Program-made: the position numbers and the translations under genes | From: Carcharhinus longimanus | Taxonomy: Eukaryota | Direction of reading: 5' to 3' | Length of the DNA stretch: 64,000 nucleotides | Assembly: GCA_030264375.1 (NCBI GenBank) | Contig: JASCQW010000133.1 | Span: 43,862,003 to 43,926,002 of the forward strand | Shown here: positions 37,717-49,554 of the stretch, in pieces | How positions within the stretch are numbered: the first letter of the stretch is position 1 | Layout of the letters: each line of letters begins with the position of its first letter | Notes under the pieces: model-generated | What the model saw: only the letters and a program-made list of their open reading frames with translations | The model's database searches: none | What the model was told of the DNA's origin: nothing

Positions 37717-38724
37717 CTGCTAGAAAAGATGAGACAGAAAGGTTGTACAATTATATTGATAGAAGCAAAATATTAATGGGAACTGACAATATAAAAACCA
37801 TCTTGGATAAACTAATAAGACTGCTGTCAGGGTCTAATGCATTAAACTCACCCAAACGTAATCAGTCAGTGCCAATTTCAAAGAATTCTTGGGAAAGATG
37901 GAATTCATTTTTTTTTAAAACATCAGATACAAATCAAATACTCATGTCACCAATAGTAAAAGGGTAAATTATTCTTTGTAACAGCATTTACAGATAGCAA
38001 AATAATGCAAACATTTTCTCAAAGAGGCTAAACTAATACCCAGCACATTATCTGTGTTCACTGTGTCACTGTCAATACTCCTCATCAGCTGAAATACATC
38101 GAGGATTGCTGCTGTACATTACTGTGCACCCTATTTATAGTAGTGACTTTTTGAAATGTGAACAAACGTTGTGCTCAAAATGTTTTTATCATCAGTCTCT
38201 GTATCTCATTCATTTAATCACCTTCATTCATTTCATGCTAGCTTCTCTCCATGGAATTTGAACTAAATTTCACCATTCATTTTGTTCTAAGTTGGTATAG
38301 TTTGTTACAGAAATATACTGGTTTTCTGCAAGAAGCCACTTCAGTTACAGTATGGAGCTGATTGAGAACCCAACAATGATAAATACCAGAAAATTATTTT
38401 AGTGTTAGGAACCATAAATAGCTTTCTTAACTCACGAGATGGAGCAAGTTGTATCTGCGCTTCTTTGGTTGCCTGACTTATTTTAATGGAAAAAGAACAC
38501 CTCCAACAATCAGCACTAAGAAAGCAATGATACTGATTGTTCTTATCAGAATCCATCAAAATAAGAACATTTTTTCAGTCAATATATCCCAGAATAATAA
38601 TTGCAATTAACTAACATAAAATGCACAAAACTTCCATTGGTTTTCCCAGTGTTGTGAAATTGAATCTTAATGCCATCCTTTATTACAACTCTTTTTTGCC
38701 TAAAAGGTGACATCCATATCAGCA

Positions 38725-39030
38725 TTCATTCACGGGATGTGGGCAGCATTTATTGCCCATCTCTAATTGCTCTGTGCATTGCTGTGGATCTGGAGTGACA
38801 CGTAGGCCAGATCAGGTATAGATGGCAGATTTCCTTCTCTAAAGAACCAGATGGATTTTTTGTGACAATTGACAGTGGTTTCATGGTTATCATTAAAACT
38901 TTTAAGTCCAGATTTTTTAAATTGAATTCAAATTTCAAGGTCTGCCACAGTGGGATTTGAATCAGGTGCCCAGATTTTACACTGGGTCTCTGAATTGCTA
39001 GCCTAGTGACAATATCAGTACACCACCATC
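38725..39030 (-). mobile_element. tRNA-derived SINE (family of 13590-13905)
   Basis: Shared atttattgcccat..gtaggccaga..ttgaattcaaattt..gggatttgaa sequence. Confidence 0.65.
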
Positions 39031-39295
39031 TCCCTCATGACAACTAATTTCCAAAGTACTTAACTGACTGTAAAGGGCTTGGGGTGAGCAGAGCATGTGA
39101 AAGTCACTATAAATGCAAACTCTTTCCTTTCATGTTCCTTTCAGATTATCAGTGTTTCACTGGCCTTGTATGTTTACTCAGTTTGATTATATTAGTAAAA
39201 CTCAAAAACCATTTATATAATTTTGTAGGCATTCATCTTCAAATCCAGATATGGGTTAATATTGGATAAGACCAAACAAATGACCTGGAATGTAG

Positions 39296-39450
39296 TAAAA
39301 GCAAATTGCTGGGAATGCTGGAATCTGAAACCAAAAAATAATGCTGGAAGCTGCTTTGACAAAGGATCATCTGGACTCAAAACGTCAGCTCTTTTCCTCT
39401 CCTTGCAGATGCTGCCAGACCTGCTGAGATTTTCCAGCATTTTCTCTCCT
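39296..39450 (+). repeat. Penelope-derived short repeat (second family); copies at 6010-6080, 10460-10563, 51290-51390, 52600-52810, 57575-57745
   Basis: gctggaatctgaaac..gctggaa..cagcagg/cagatgctgccagacctgctgag segments with a tgacaaag-gtc..gactc-aaacgtc motif. Confidence 0.6.
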
Positions 39451-39997
39451 GGAATGTAGTAGCTCACTCAATGTACATTCACCTGCTTACATGTCATTGT
39501 TAACTAGTAAAATGGACTCAAACATGATGTAGCCAATGCTACGTATAGGACAGAATCAGGAGTTTTAAGGATCAAAGTTAGATAAAGGGCTGGTTAACAA
39601 AAGTTTAATAGATATGATGATTTTTCTGGTTCTGGTTGCATGATCTTCTCAAACACTGTTGCCAAGAAACTATTTTTCAATGAAGGGACTTTTGATGAAA
39701 AATGCCCATCGAGATGTTCTGAAGCAGCTTATTTAAAATAGGAAAGCAGATGATAAGTAAAACAAGCTTAGAAAGCACTTATTAAAACTGTGCTTGGAAT
39801 AGTAGTGAGAAGTTCAAAGACTCTCTAAATAGGCTCTTCATAAACAATCAAAAACTAAGTTGGAGAGGAAACCAGAGGTGTACTTGGTGGTATAATGAAC
39901 TTTGTGCAGTTTAATTGTACCATTGTGAAAATTTAACATGTATGTAATGCAATGCTGGCTGAAAGACTTCAGGGTTGAAAGTGATTAGTTCATTTAC

Positions 39998-40069
39998 CCT
40001 GGGGTCCTTCTGCAGAAGCGTGTGAGGAACTGCTCCTTGCCTGCTTGCTACATCAATTGGATTGGAAGT
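39998..40069 (-). CDS. FBRSL1: FBRSL1 exon (exon 12 equivalent) [24 protein letters not shown]
   Basis: tctttccccag|ACT...AGG|gtaaat; 72 nt, phase 0-0; near-identical to AUTS2 [24 protein letters not shown]. Confidence 0.95.
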
Positions 40070-41089
40070 CTGGGGAAAGACAACACCACATTTATATCAT
40101 TAATAACAACTGCTCCACTCTACTGAAATTACTACAGTGCAATGAAAAGGGCACGAACTCAATGGAAAGCCAGTGGGCCTAAAACATTTCTGACTTTATG
40201 AAAAATGTATATTTTAAAATAAAGAATGCTTTCTATAGCCATTATTTGTAACTCAAATTCAAATCTGAGATGATTATGGTGAACTGCAAAAATATACATC
40301 AGGAGATAACTGTGCACCTGAGATTCTGAACATTGATTAGTCACTTCTCCACCATGGGCGGTGATGGTGGTGCGTGGAAGGGAGTTTGCAACCTTCTCCC
40401 TCCTGGTCACAGAATGGCTCAGATGGAGGAGAAATTCCTTCAAAATGGGACAACCCTTCTTTACCATCCTCTGGTTTTAATGGGGCAGACTTTGCTGTAG
40501 TAATTACAGCAAAACTCAATTTAAACTGACAGCAACGTATAGAGTCTAATCATGTGCAGAATAAGATGGAAATCCAGAAGTTGGTGTCAGTGATTTCGTG
40601 CCTCTCAGGGTGTGCTGCTGTGGTTCCTCCAGACTGCAATCCCCAAATGGTGAACCTCTAAAGATTTCAATTTTGATGCTGTTAATTTTGCTCTAAATAC
40701 TCTTGAAAAAGTTAAACCTTGCTGAAAGAGGATGAAATGGTGTGCTAATTTGATAATTACTACCAAACATCCCCAGTGATCCAATAGCTAATTTTATATT
40801 TGTGGAATGTCAAATTTCTCCATTGTGGCAAAAAAAATCCTTATATTTTGAAAGAAATGTATTTCTTAGTTTCGTAAAATTTTATCTTTATTTCATCTTC
40901 TATGTTAATGCAATCACAATTAATTCTGCAGTCTTAAAATTTAAATCAAAAGTGAAGGATATTGGTGTTTTTAACTTTTTGGTTTGCTGTGTTTGAATAC
41001 TTCAATGTGGCTGGCCGCTTACTTGGTGCTAGATTTCAACTGCTACTGGGGAAAGGGAAAACTGCACCAGAGATCACAAGATCTAAGTC

Positions 41090-41430
41090 CATGCCTTTCT
41101 TAGATACTGAGAGTTTGTTCCCCTTGTGGGGGAATCTAGAACAAGGAGGCACAGTTTGAAAATAGGGGTCTCTAATATAAGACAGAGATGAGAAAGAATT
41201 TCTTCTCTGAGAGTCATTAAGTCTTTGGAATTCTGTTCCACAAAGAGTGGTGGTGGAGGCTGTTTATTGATTATATTCAAGGCTGAGTGAGACAGATTTT
41301 TGAGAGATAATGAAGTCATAGATTTATGGGTGGGTTGTTGGTGGGTAGCAGACAGCAAAGTAAATTTGAGGCTGCAATCAGATTTATTAAATGGCAGGTG
41401 AGATTTCATAGAACAAATAGACTAATCCTG
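41090..41430 (+). mobile_element. Old CR1 3' fragment
   Basis: ggggaatctagaacaagg..gagatgagaaagaatttcttctct..tggaattc..atattcaaggctgag. Confidence 0.75.
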
Positions 41431-42209
41431 TTGCTATTGCTTAGATTCAACCATAATATTCAGGCTATTGATTTCAATCGTACATAAAAAAAAATGCTAC
41501 TGTGTCGAGGCTGTTGACATTGCCAGTATTTATAAAATTTGAATATTCATGATGAAATTGTGAAGACTGGACTAACAGCTATAAATGCCATTTCAATTAG
41601 TGTTTTTAAAGACTTAAGATTGCTAAAGGTGTGCACAAAATATTAATTTACAATTTGTCAAGGTTGCACTTTTCCATACATTCACACTCATGCATGCCTG
41701 ATGCTGAGTTTAACAGAAACTGTGTTAACAGAAACCGCAACATTTCAACAGTGACAAACCTCAGAAGTACTTCATTAGCTGTGAAGTGCTTCGGGATGTC
41801 CTGAGGTTGTTAAAGGCATGATATAAACTTAAGCCATTCTTGATTTCCTTCATCAGTATGTGTATGTGTATTCAAGTTATGAAAATTATTGGCTTTTATT
41901 TAGAGGTTTGAACTGCTGTTGCGGAACTGGTTTAAAGATGTTCACAGCACCATTCTGAAAAACATTCTCTGCAGTTTGAAGCATGAGGACTTTAGGTCTA
42001 CAAGAGTGGATTACTTTTTTTTGACAAATTGAGCTCAACATTCAATCAGCTATTTTGTGTAGCTTCAGGCATGAAACAACAATGAAACATTTTAAGAAGT
42101 CAGCATTCTTTATAAATTCTCCATGTGGAATTGGCCTCCAAAGTCAGAGATTGTGGGTTTGTGTCCCATCTGGGGTGAAACATTCTCACTTTCTAAACTG
42201 CCGCTTTTT

Positions 42210-42520
42210 GGGTGGCACAATGGTTAGCACTGCTGCCTCACAGCGCCAGAGACCTGGGTTCGATTCCCAGCTTGGGTCACTGTCGGTGTGGAGTTTGCAT
42301 GTTCTCCCGATGTCTGCGTGGGTTTCCTCTGAGTGCTCCGGTTTCCTCCCACACTCCAAAGACATGTGGGTTAGGTGCACTGGCCATGCTAAATTGCCCC
42401 TTAGTGTTCTGGGATTAGTGAGTAAATATGTAGGGTTACTGGGATCGGGCCCAGGTGAGATTGTTGTCAGTGAACACTTGGATGGGCCATATGGCCTCCT
42501 TCTGCACTATGGAATCATGA
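42210..42520 (+). mobile_element. HE1-type V-SINE (CR1-like tail)
   Basis: Full head, V-domain and tail gatgggcc..ggcctccttctgcact. Confidence 0.9.
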
Positions 42521-43181
42521 ATTCTGTTCTAAGTTCGGAATTTCCCTGCAAATTACATTTCGGTGCATGGAGAGCTACTTTTCCTTCAATTACATTTGCC
42601 TTTGCACTGAGATTTGAAAAGTAAGAAACCAGGAACCTTCACAAAAACTAAAATAATAAAATATCACACCCAATAAAAATATTTCTATCGCAGCTTTTTT
42701 AGAATCTATCCAGAAAGCATTGATGAGCTGAAGAATTATTTTGTAGGCTATGATGCCATTTAAGTGCTTGATTGAGTTACTGCCTTGCTTTCCACATTTA
42801 AGTATTTACTATTCCTTAAGTACCTACTATTAAATAAACTTAAAAAAAGACAGCTCATGCTACAGATTGCCAAGTGCTTCCTGCACTTGGAAGTTTAAAA
42901 TTTACTGTTCCCTGAAATTATATACACATAAAATTGAAAGAAAGCATTTTAAAACAGTTTCATAATTGATTATATGTTGTTGAAAATGTTAAAGTTTCAT
43001 TATGTTCTCTTTCCTGTGACCTTGAGTTAAGGATACTACATGCCTATCCATGAAATTACCATTTGCCTACACTACGACAGTCAGATAATGAATAACCTGT
43101 TATGCCTCTAACTGGCTCCCAGCTCAGCAAAGTGGAGTGCGAAGACAGTGAAATTGACTGAGGTAATCTGTCTCTCCCTAC

Positions 43182-43202
43182 CTCAGTGACAGACGCTTCA
43201 GA
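43182..43202 (-). CDS. Candidate 21-nt in-frame microexon SEASVTE
   Basis: tgctgctgagtgctcctccatttttcag|TCTGAAGCGTCTGTCACTGAG|gtaggg; phase 0-0 inside a phase-0 intron. Confidence 0.5.
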
Positions 43203-43784
43203 CTGAAAAATGGAGGAGCACTCAGCAGCAGCGACCCAGGCAAACTTAATAACCCTGACTGATCATGGCAGCCCAGTGAAAGGCATTGTGCTCAGTCAGC
43301 ACGAGCACACGCAAGTCAGGCCTTTAGGGCAAAAAAATCATCTGCTCTACAGAACAGGGTAATTTGCTCGTTTGAAATGGTTCCTACCATTACAATGCAT
43401 CAGCCACAGGATTTTTGACTCCAAAGATGGGTCAAGTATTATTAACCTTCTGCAGTTTACCCTCAGGGCCTCCTCTTCTACTGAAGTTGGCATGTAAATT
43501 ATGTGGAAATTTGCAGATCAAACCAGTCTCTGTTTGACAGACACATTTTTTCCTCGAGTTTTATGCCTGAAAAATGCTGTACTTACGGATCCTTAGTATA
43601 ATCATAGGGTAACCACATCAATCACTGTGCGTTTACAGTAACCCTTTATTAGCAAAGGTTATGCAGAAAGCACATAGCAAATCTCAGCTTCAAATAAACT
43701 ATCTGATAATTACAAATTTACAATTACTGCTACTTTCTTTTAATACTATTGGTATTACTACTGCTTTCTTTTAATACTATTTTA

Positions 43785-43885
43785 ACACTTTTCTCTATGA
43801 ACGGTTTGCTTTGCCTGTATAGCGCGCAAGAAACAATCCTTCTCATTGTATGCTAATATGTGACAATAATAAATCAAATCAAAAT
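43785..43885 (+). mobile_element. Rex1/Babar-like 3' tail
   Basis: ctgtatagcgcgcaagaaacaat..tgtgacaataataaatcaaatc. Confidence 0.7.
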
Positions 43886-44047
43886 GGACATTTAGGGCAC
43901 AGTTGCCTCAATCAGCTGACAAATCTTGCACACTCGATGATAACTTAATTTACCAAGACAGAAAACACAGAAGGGGTGAGAAAGAAAGTGAACCAGCTTT
44001 GCCTGTCACCTTTTCTGCCACCTTACAAGTTGTTTTTAGCACTTTTA

Positions 44048-44158
<111 letters not shown>

Positions 44159-45188
44159 CTATAATTAACAAGAAATGAAGAGTTAGCTTCAGATTGAGAA
44201 TTAGTCACATAACACACATCCCACATACAAACTCAGTATCAGCTATGCAATGATGCAGTTCAGCTACTCAAGAACAAAAATACATCAATTGTCTACACCT
44301 GATTGTTCTACCTTTGCCACCATTTAAAAATGGTACTATCTTGTTCACAACAGGCATTTTACCAGATACAGGATATGGTAAAGTGTCTAACTGTGCGCAA
44401 CATATACCTAAAGGATGCAACATTAAAATAATTTTACAGTATGGAAGACTCAGGACTAAGTTTTTCTCCTGAAGCACTTCACTGAAGACTGGAAAAAAAA
44501 AGCCTGCTTTAACACCTATTTGTTTTCTATCCCATCAACCCTCAATTTCTATCCGAGGAGATTTAATGATTGTTATGTATCATGTCTGCATGAGGTAACT
44601 GTCCCTAAAACAGCAAACAATAAAGCTTCATCTTCAGTGAAGCCAAATAAAATGAAATATCTTTAAACAGAATTGTAATTCAGCAATGTAATTTTTATTT
44701 GTAGGCAGCTACATTCTTGTTTCTGTACCTGTAATCTAAACAAGAAAACGGCCATCTATTTCTGCATTCTATGGGAAAATGCTTTAAACCTCTAACATTT
44801 TTTAAACCGCACCAGAGCTGCTAGCATGAATGTGGAGATGCTTGATCTGCATGCGCGTGATAATGCCTCTGTGATCAAACAAACACATTCTAGATGCTCA
44901 ATGATATAAAACTTTGGTTTTAGCAGCCCAAAGGGTGAGACTGTCCAAAGCACATTCTGCCTTCAATATTCAGTTCAAAATCACCTAACCTATATTTGGT
45001 CTGTCTCTATTAGAAATGCAAATTGAGGCTAATTTGATGATCTGCAGATGCATTCGAAACCACAAGAGTAAAAACACCAAATTTAACACATGAAATGACG
45101 CTTAATCAAAATAACATTTTTTTAGAAATGTGGATGTGAGCTGAAGCACAGGTACAATGAGCTCTCGAATAAAAAAAAGGACACTCAC

Positions 45189-45239
45189 ACTAGAATGTCG
45201 ATAGAAAGGATTTTCTATTTTTGGTGTATACTTTTCGAA
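45189..45239 (-). CDS. FBRSL1: FBRSL1 exon (exon 10 equivalent) FEKYTPKIENPFYRHSS
   Basis: ctttcag|TTC...AGT|gtgagt; 51 nt, phase 0-0; matches family motif FDKYxxKxDxPxxRHS. Confidence 0.93.
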
Positions 45240-46746
45240 CTGAAAGGAAGAGGAAAAACAAGTTGTAATAGCTTTTATTTTGCCTAACATCTAAATCACT
45301 CCATCATTGTGACGCTCTAAGACTGTCAAAATGAATTAAACACATCCCCTGATCACCACGCACAATCAAAATGAACTAATGATTGATCAATATTATTAGT
45401 TGCTAATCATTTTCGACTTGTCATGAACTACTTACGATTTTTTGGAAAAAGAATCGATAAACAGCTTTTAATAATTACTTCTACATATTTCATCTTTAAA
45501 CAATTAAGGGACATTAAGAAATGGAAAGTCTTCACACACAGCCATTTGGCATGGCAGCTGCTGCGGAATATAATAACTGTGTATACAGAACACATGCATA
45601 ATTTCATTAATTATAGCCATTACCAGATGTCTGCCACTTAGTCAGCATAAACAACATTAATCACAAAAACATACACTAGGTAGATTATACACACACTTCT
45701 TTATGACCGTAATTAGACCACATGGTACATTTTTTTACATAAAAAAATTGAAAACACATTCTGCAACAAGCAGTTAGACTGCTTTTCTTCGTAAGTTTTT
45801 TTTTGGAAAATTTGGAAATGGCATTTCAAAAGGAGTAGACATGCATGCAGCTTGCACAAGCACCATGATCAGCTGGTGTGTAAGCCAGAACAAATTAAGT
45901 TAATTGTTTTTAAACACTAGTCAAAGTAACAAAACAATAGCCAACTGAGCAAAGAGCCAGATTCTATGGATATATGGTCTCAATGATTTAAACCATACAT
46001 TGTTAACTCTAACTATGCTACAACAACAGTGTTTGTGTGTTAGAAGTTATAGAACTGCTAATGTTTTCAGTTCACAGAAAGAATATGTATAAAAACAGCA
46101 CTGTGGATATATTTATACTTTATTCTTCCACACTGGGCTACTGTGGTATTTCACTTTTTGCTAGTACGCAAGCTCATATGGCATATATTTATGATTGTAT
46201 TCAATTATTTTGTCTTGATGAATAAAAAAGGTTCAGTGCACTAAAATTTAAATCTGTAATCCTGAAATAAGTATAGAACAAATATGTGTTCCAAGGCCCA
46301 GAAAGGATTTGTAATTTCTCCATCTTTTGACTACACAACAGCTTAAAGCACAATAAAGTGCCTTGGGATGTTTTACTATGTTAAAGGTGCGACATAGATG
46401 AAAGTTGCTGTGGCTCATCAAGTTCCGAAACAACTTCTCGTGGCTGTTAACAGTTTGTGCTATTTTAAAATAGCAGGGCCATATTAACTTAACACTCATC
46501 AAGTATTAAACAAATTTTAGGATACTATTCTCTTTAAGCATTACTTGACAGTGACGCCAGAAGTTTGAAGTCCAATGTACTGGAATGTGCATAAAGAATC
46601 TCAAAACAAACACATGAACTACCATCCTTAATTGGTTGTCCATTGATTGTGTGGTCAAAAGATATCACAGGAGATTCAGAATAGAAAAATAAGTGCCACT
46701 GGTGTTTTCCTTTTTAAGAACCACATTAGCCAACCCATGGTCACTA

Positions 46747-47121
<375 letters not shown>

Positions 47122-47125
47122 TCAC

Positions 47126-47286
47126 CTGGCATTCCCTGTTTCTGCAGGTCATGCTGTGGTGGTTTTCTACATGAGGACTCATTGGTGGAGGTAACAGAGA
47201 TGCCTGTGACAAAGCACCAATCAGAATTCCCGACTGAGGCTGACAATACATGATTGGTTGGTTGAATGATATCAACAGGCTGGTAT
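47126..47286 (-). CDS. FBRSL1: FBRSL1 alternative exon (DTSLLISFNQPIMYCQPQSGILI...CRNRECQ); shorter form 47218-47286
   Basis: Strong acceptor ttctcttctgtctttag|AT, donor CAG|gtgaat; 161 nt, phase 1 to 0, open frame; closely resembles the recalled human FBRSL1 segment DASLAVSFSQPIMYCQPHSGILIG...CRPRECQ. Confidence 0.82.
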
Positions 47287-49285
47287 CTAAAGACAGAAGA
47301 GAACCATATGAGTCATCCCAGCAGAAAACAAACTGGGGAAATGAGAAACACACACACAGTCCACCTCTAAAGGAGATAGCTAAGACATTTTACTTGTCTC
47401 CATAAGAGCAGGCAGCAACATTGCTATTTGAAATGTATCCTCCGGACATTGATGAAGTTGGCACCTTTGCAAACTACTAGTTTTTATTCATCTAAACTGG
47501 AAAAAACGTATTGAGAGTTTCTAAAAGGCAAGGTCTGCACCAATAACCATTTGATTACTTTTATACAGGCATTTCAGAGCTCATTTGTGCTACTCTAAGC
47601 AGCCAAAACTTACAAATACTCTGAATCACCTACACTGCTAGTAGCATTGCAATATCCACAGCAAGGCCACATCTGCAGCATGCTGAAAACATATATTTTC
47701 AATAAAACAAAAATCATTATATGCTCTTATGAGGACAAGTTTCTTGACATCATTTCAGACTTACATTCAATACAGCTTCAAGAGAAAAGAAATCAGTTTG
47801 AATTATGTTACCTTGTAAGATAAACACATTTGAAAAACTACTTATTGAAATATCATTCCCTTTGAGTTAAAATGAATGGAATGATTAAATACAAGCGTAA
47901 TTCAAGGGATGAGACAATATTCTTGTTAATTAGCGGTACAATCATCTTGGCCAAATGCTTTTCTAACATTTTAGGGTAGAATTTGAAAATTTGCAACAAA
48001 ACAGAAATGGTTTTAACATTCCCCCAAAATGATCCTCCTTGCAATGGTGCTTAGTATAATTATTCAAACAAATCTGCAACGTTACAGAAATCAATCTGGC
48101 TTGTTAAGGACTGTTAAACATCATTACATCATTCAAAGTTAAACATGGAAGAGATTTGGAGTTTTGAGTGTCCAAGTAGACTGAAATAAGGATTTGTATC
48201 AAGCTACTATTTTGCTGGGAGGACATAAGCAAGCAACAGGCCAGCTTATGAGAGCAACAAGGCTGCTTTCTGAAAGGTAAGGGGTGCGCTACCAATACTC
48301 CCTCTCTTCCAACTTTAATCTACAACTGACAGGATTATAATTAAAGATTATCTCTGCTCTTAAGGTGCTTCCCAAATGCGGTACATATTTTCTCTCGCCA
48401 GGGATTGCAGATGATCTGCTTTCAGCTTTTATCATTGCTGCTTTTTAATTTGAAATTTCTAATGATCATAAGACCAATGTACTTGATTTCTAAACAAGCA
48501 ACAAAATGTGTGAGAATTTTGAAGCTATGGTTATGGTCCATAAACACAAATCAAATTCTCTGATCAGCCCTCACCCTCTTAATTTAATAAGTGTGAATTC
48601 TTCCAGGTGAGACGGGTGGGGTAAGAGGTAAAGAAAGGGAAGGGGAGTGATGAAGGTTATTGGTTGAATTCTACCCCTATTGTTCAATGGCATTAATCCA
48701 CTATAATACCAGACTTCTCAATAAGTGGACACATTAAACCATTACAAGATCTGGATGTGCTGCTATTTCTTCATTTCATCAGTTATATCTGTAATGACCA
48801 AGGATTTGCAATTATCTTAAGGCAAAACAATCTGTTAAGAATGGTGGTTTGAGATGTTATACTATCTGAGACAGTCAAGTCAAACAAAAAATGTCTACAT
48901 AAATGAATTAAATTCACATTTTATCAGATTGCATTATATTTTTGGACATGCTTCAGATATAAACAGTAGTAGATTAGGCTGCTTTCTGAATATCAAGAAA
49001 TCTTATGTATTGAAAGTTTGGATTTTTTTTCATGTAGTACTTCCCTCATCTCTCAAGGTCATTTCCATCCTGTCAGGTTATGAACTAAGTAAATGTAATG
49101 TTCACTAAAGAGTATTTTATTCAGGTGTATTTGAAGTGAAACACTAGAACCCTTAAGTAAACAAAACTAAACTGGCATTTTGGGGAATACAAAAGGAATT
49201 AAAAACATAAACAAGCAAAATCCCCAATGACAAATGCAGGTCAAGGACATCTTTAACACTGGGGTGAAGAAGAATCTGCACCTAC

Positions 49286-49554
49286 CTGAATAGCCAGGTG
49301 CTGCATGGTGACCCGGTACAAGGCTGTTTGACGTTAAAGGAGGTGGTGGTGGTAAGGTAGCTGGTGTTGCAAACATGGCGTGGTGATGAGGGTGAGTCTG
49401 AGGCCTCAGGGAGAAATTATGTGAGGTAGCAAGGTTTGGAATAGATAAGGGCAGGACTGGAGTGGATGAATGATGGGGGTGGATTTGGGGGGATGAAGGC
49501 AAGTGTTTGGGTAGGCTGACGCTTGCAGCACTGCTGGCGCTGCTACTCCTGCTG
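49286..49554 (-). CDS. FBRSL1: FBRSL1-like coding exon (exon 8 equivalent)
   Basis: Acceptor ttttcttccccag|CAGCAG, donor TCAG|gtaggt; 269 nt, phase 2 to 1; encodes SSRSSS...HHHAMFATPATLPPPPPLTSNSLVPGHHAAPGYS. Confidence 0.9.

Noticed and set aside
42055-42624. 189-aa ORF and similar MAQWLALLPHS.. ORFs
   Set aside because: Chance open frames through V-SINE copies, not genes
43160-43186. TGAGGTAG (let-7-like 5' end) inside a hairpin
   Set aside because: The stem is only 9-10 bp and the rest does not resemble let-7; better explained as a splice donor
43587-43624. 38-nt exon-like unit ending in gtaagt and starting with TGA
   Set aside because: Poor polypyrimidine tract; insufficient support for a poison exon
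47126-47239. 114-nt phase 1-1 exon reading ASVGNSDWCFVTG... in another frame
   Set aside because: The acceptor lacks a pyrimidine tract; the overlapping frame from 47286 has a strong acceptor and resembles known FBRSL1
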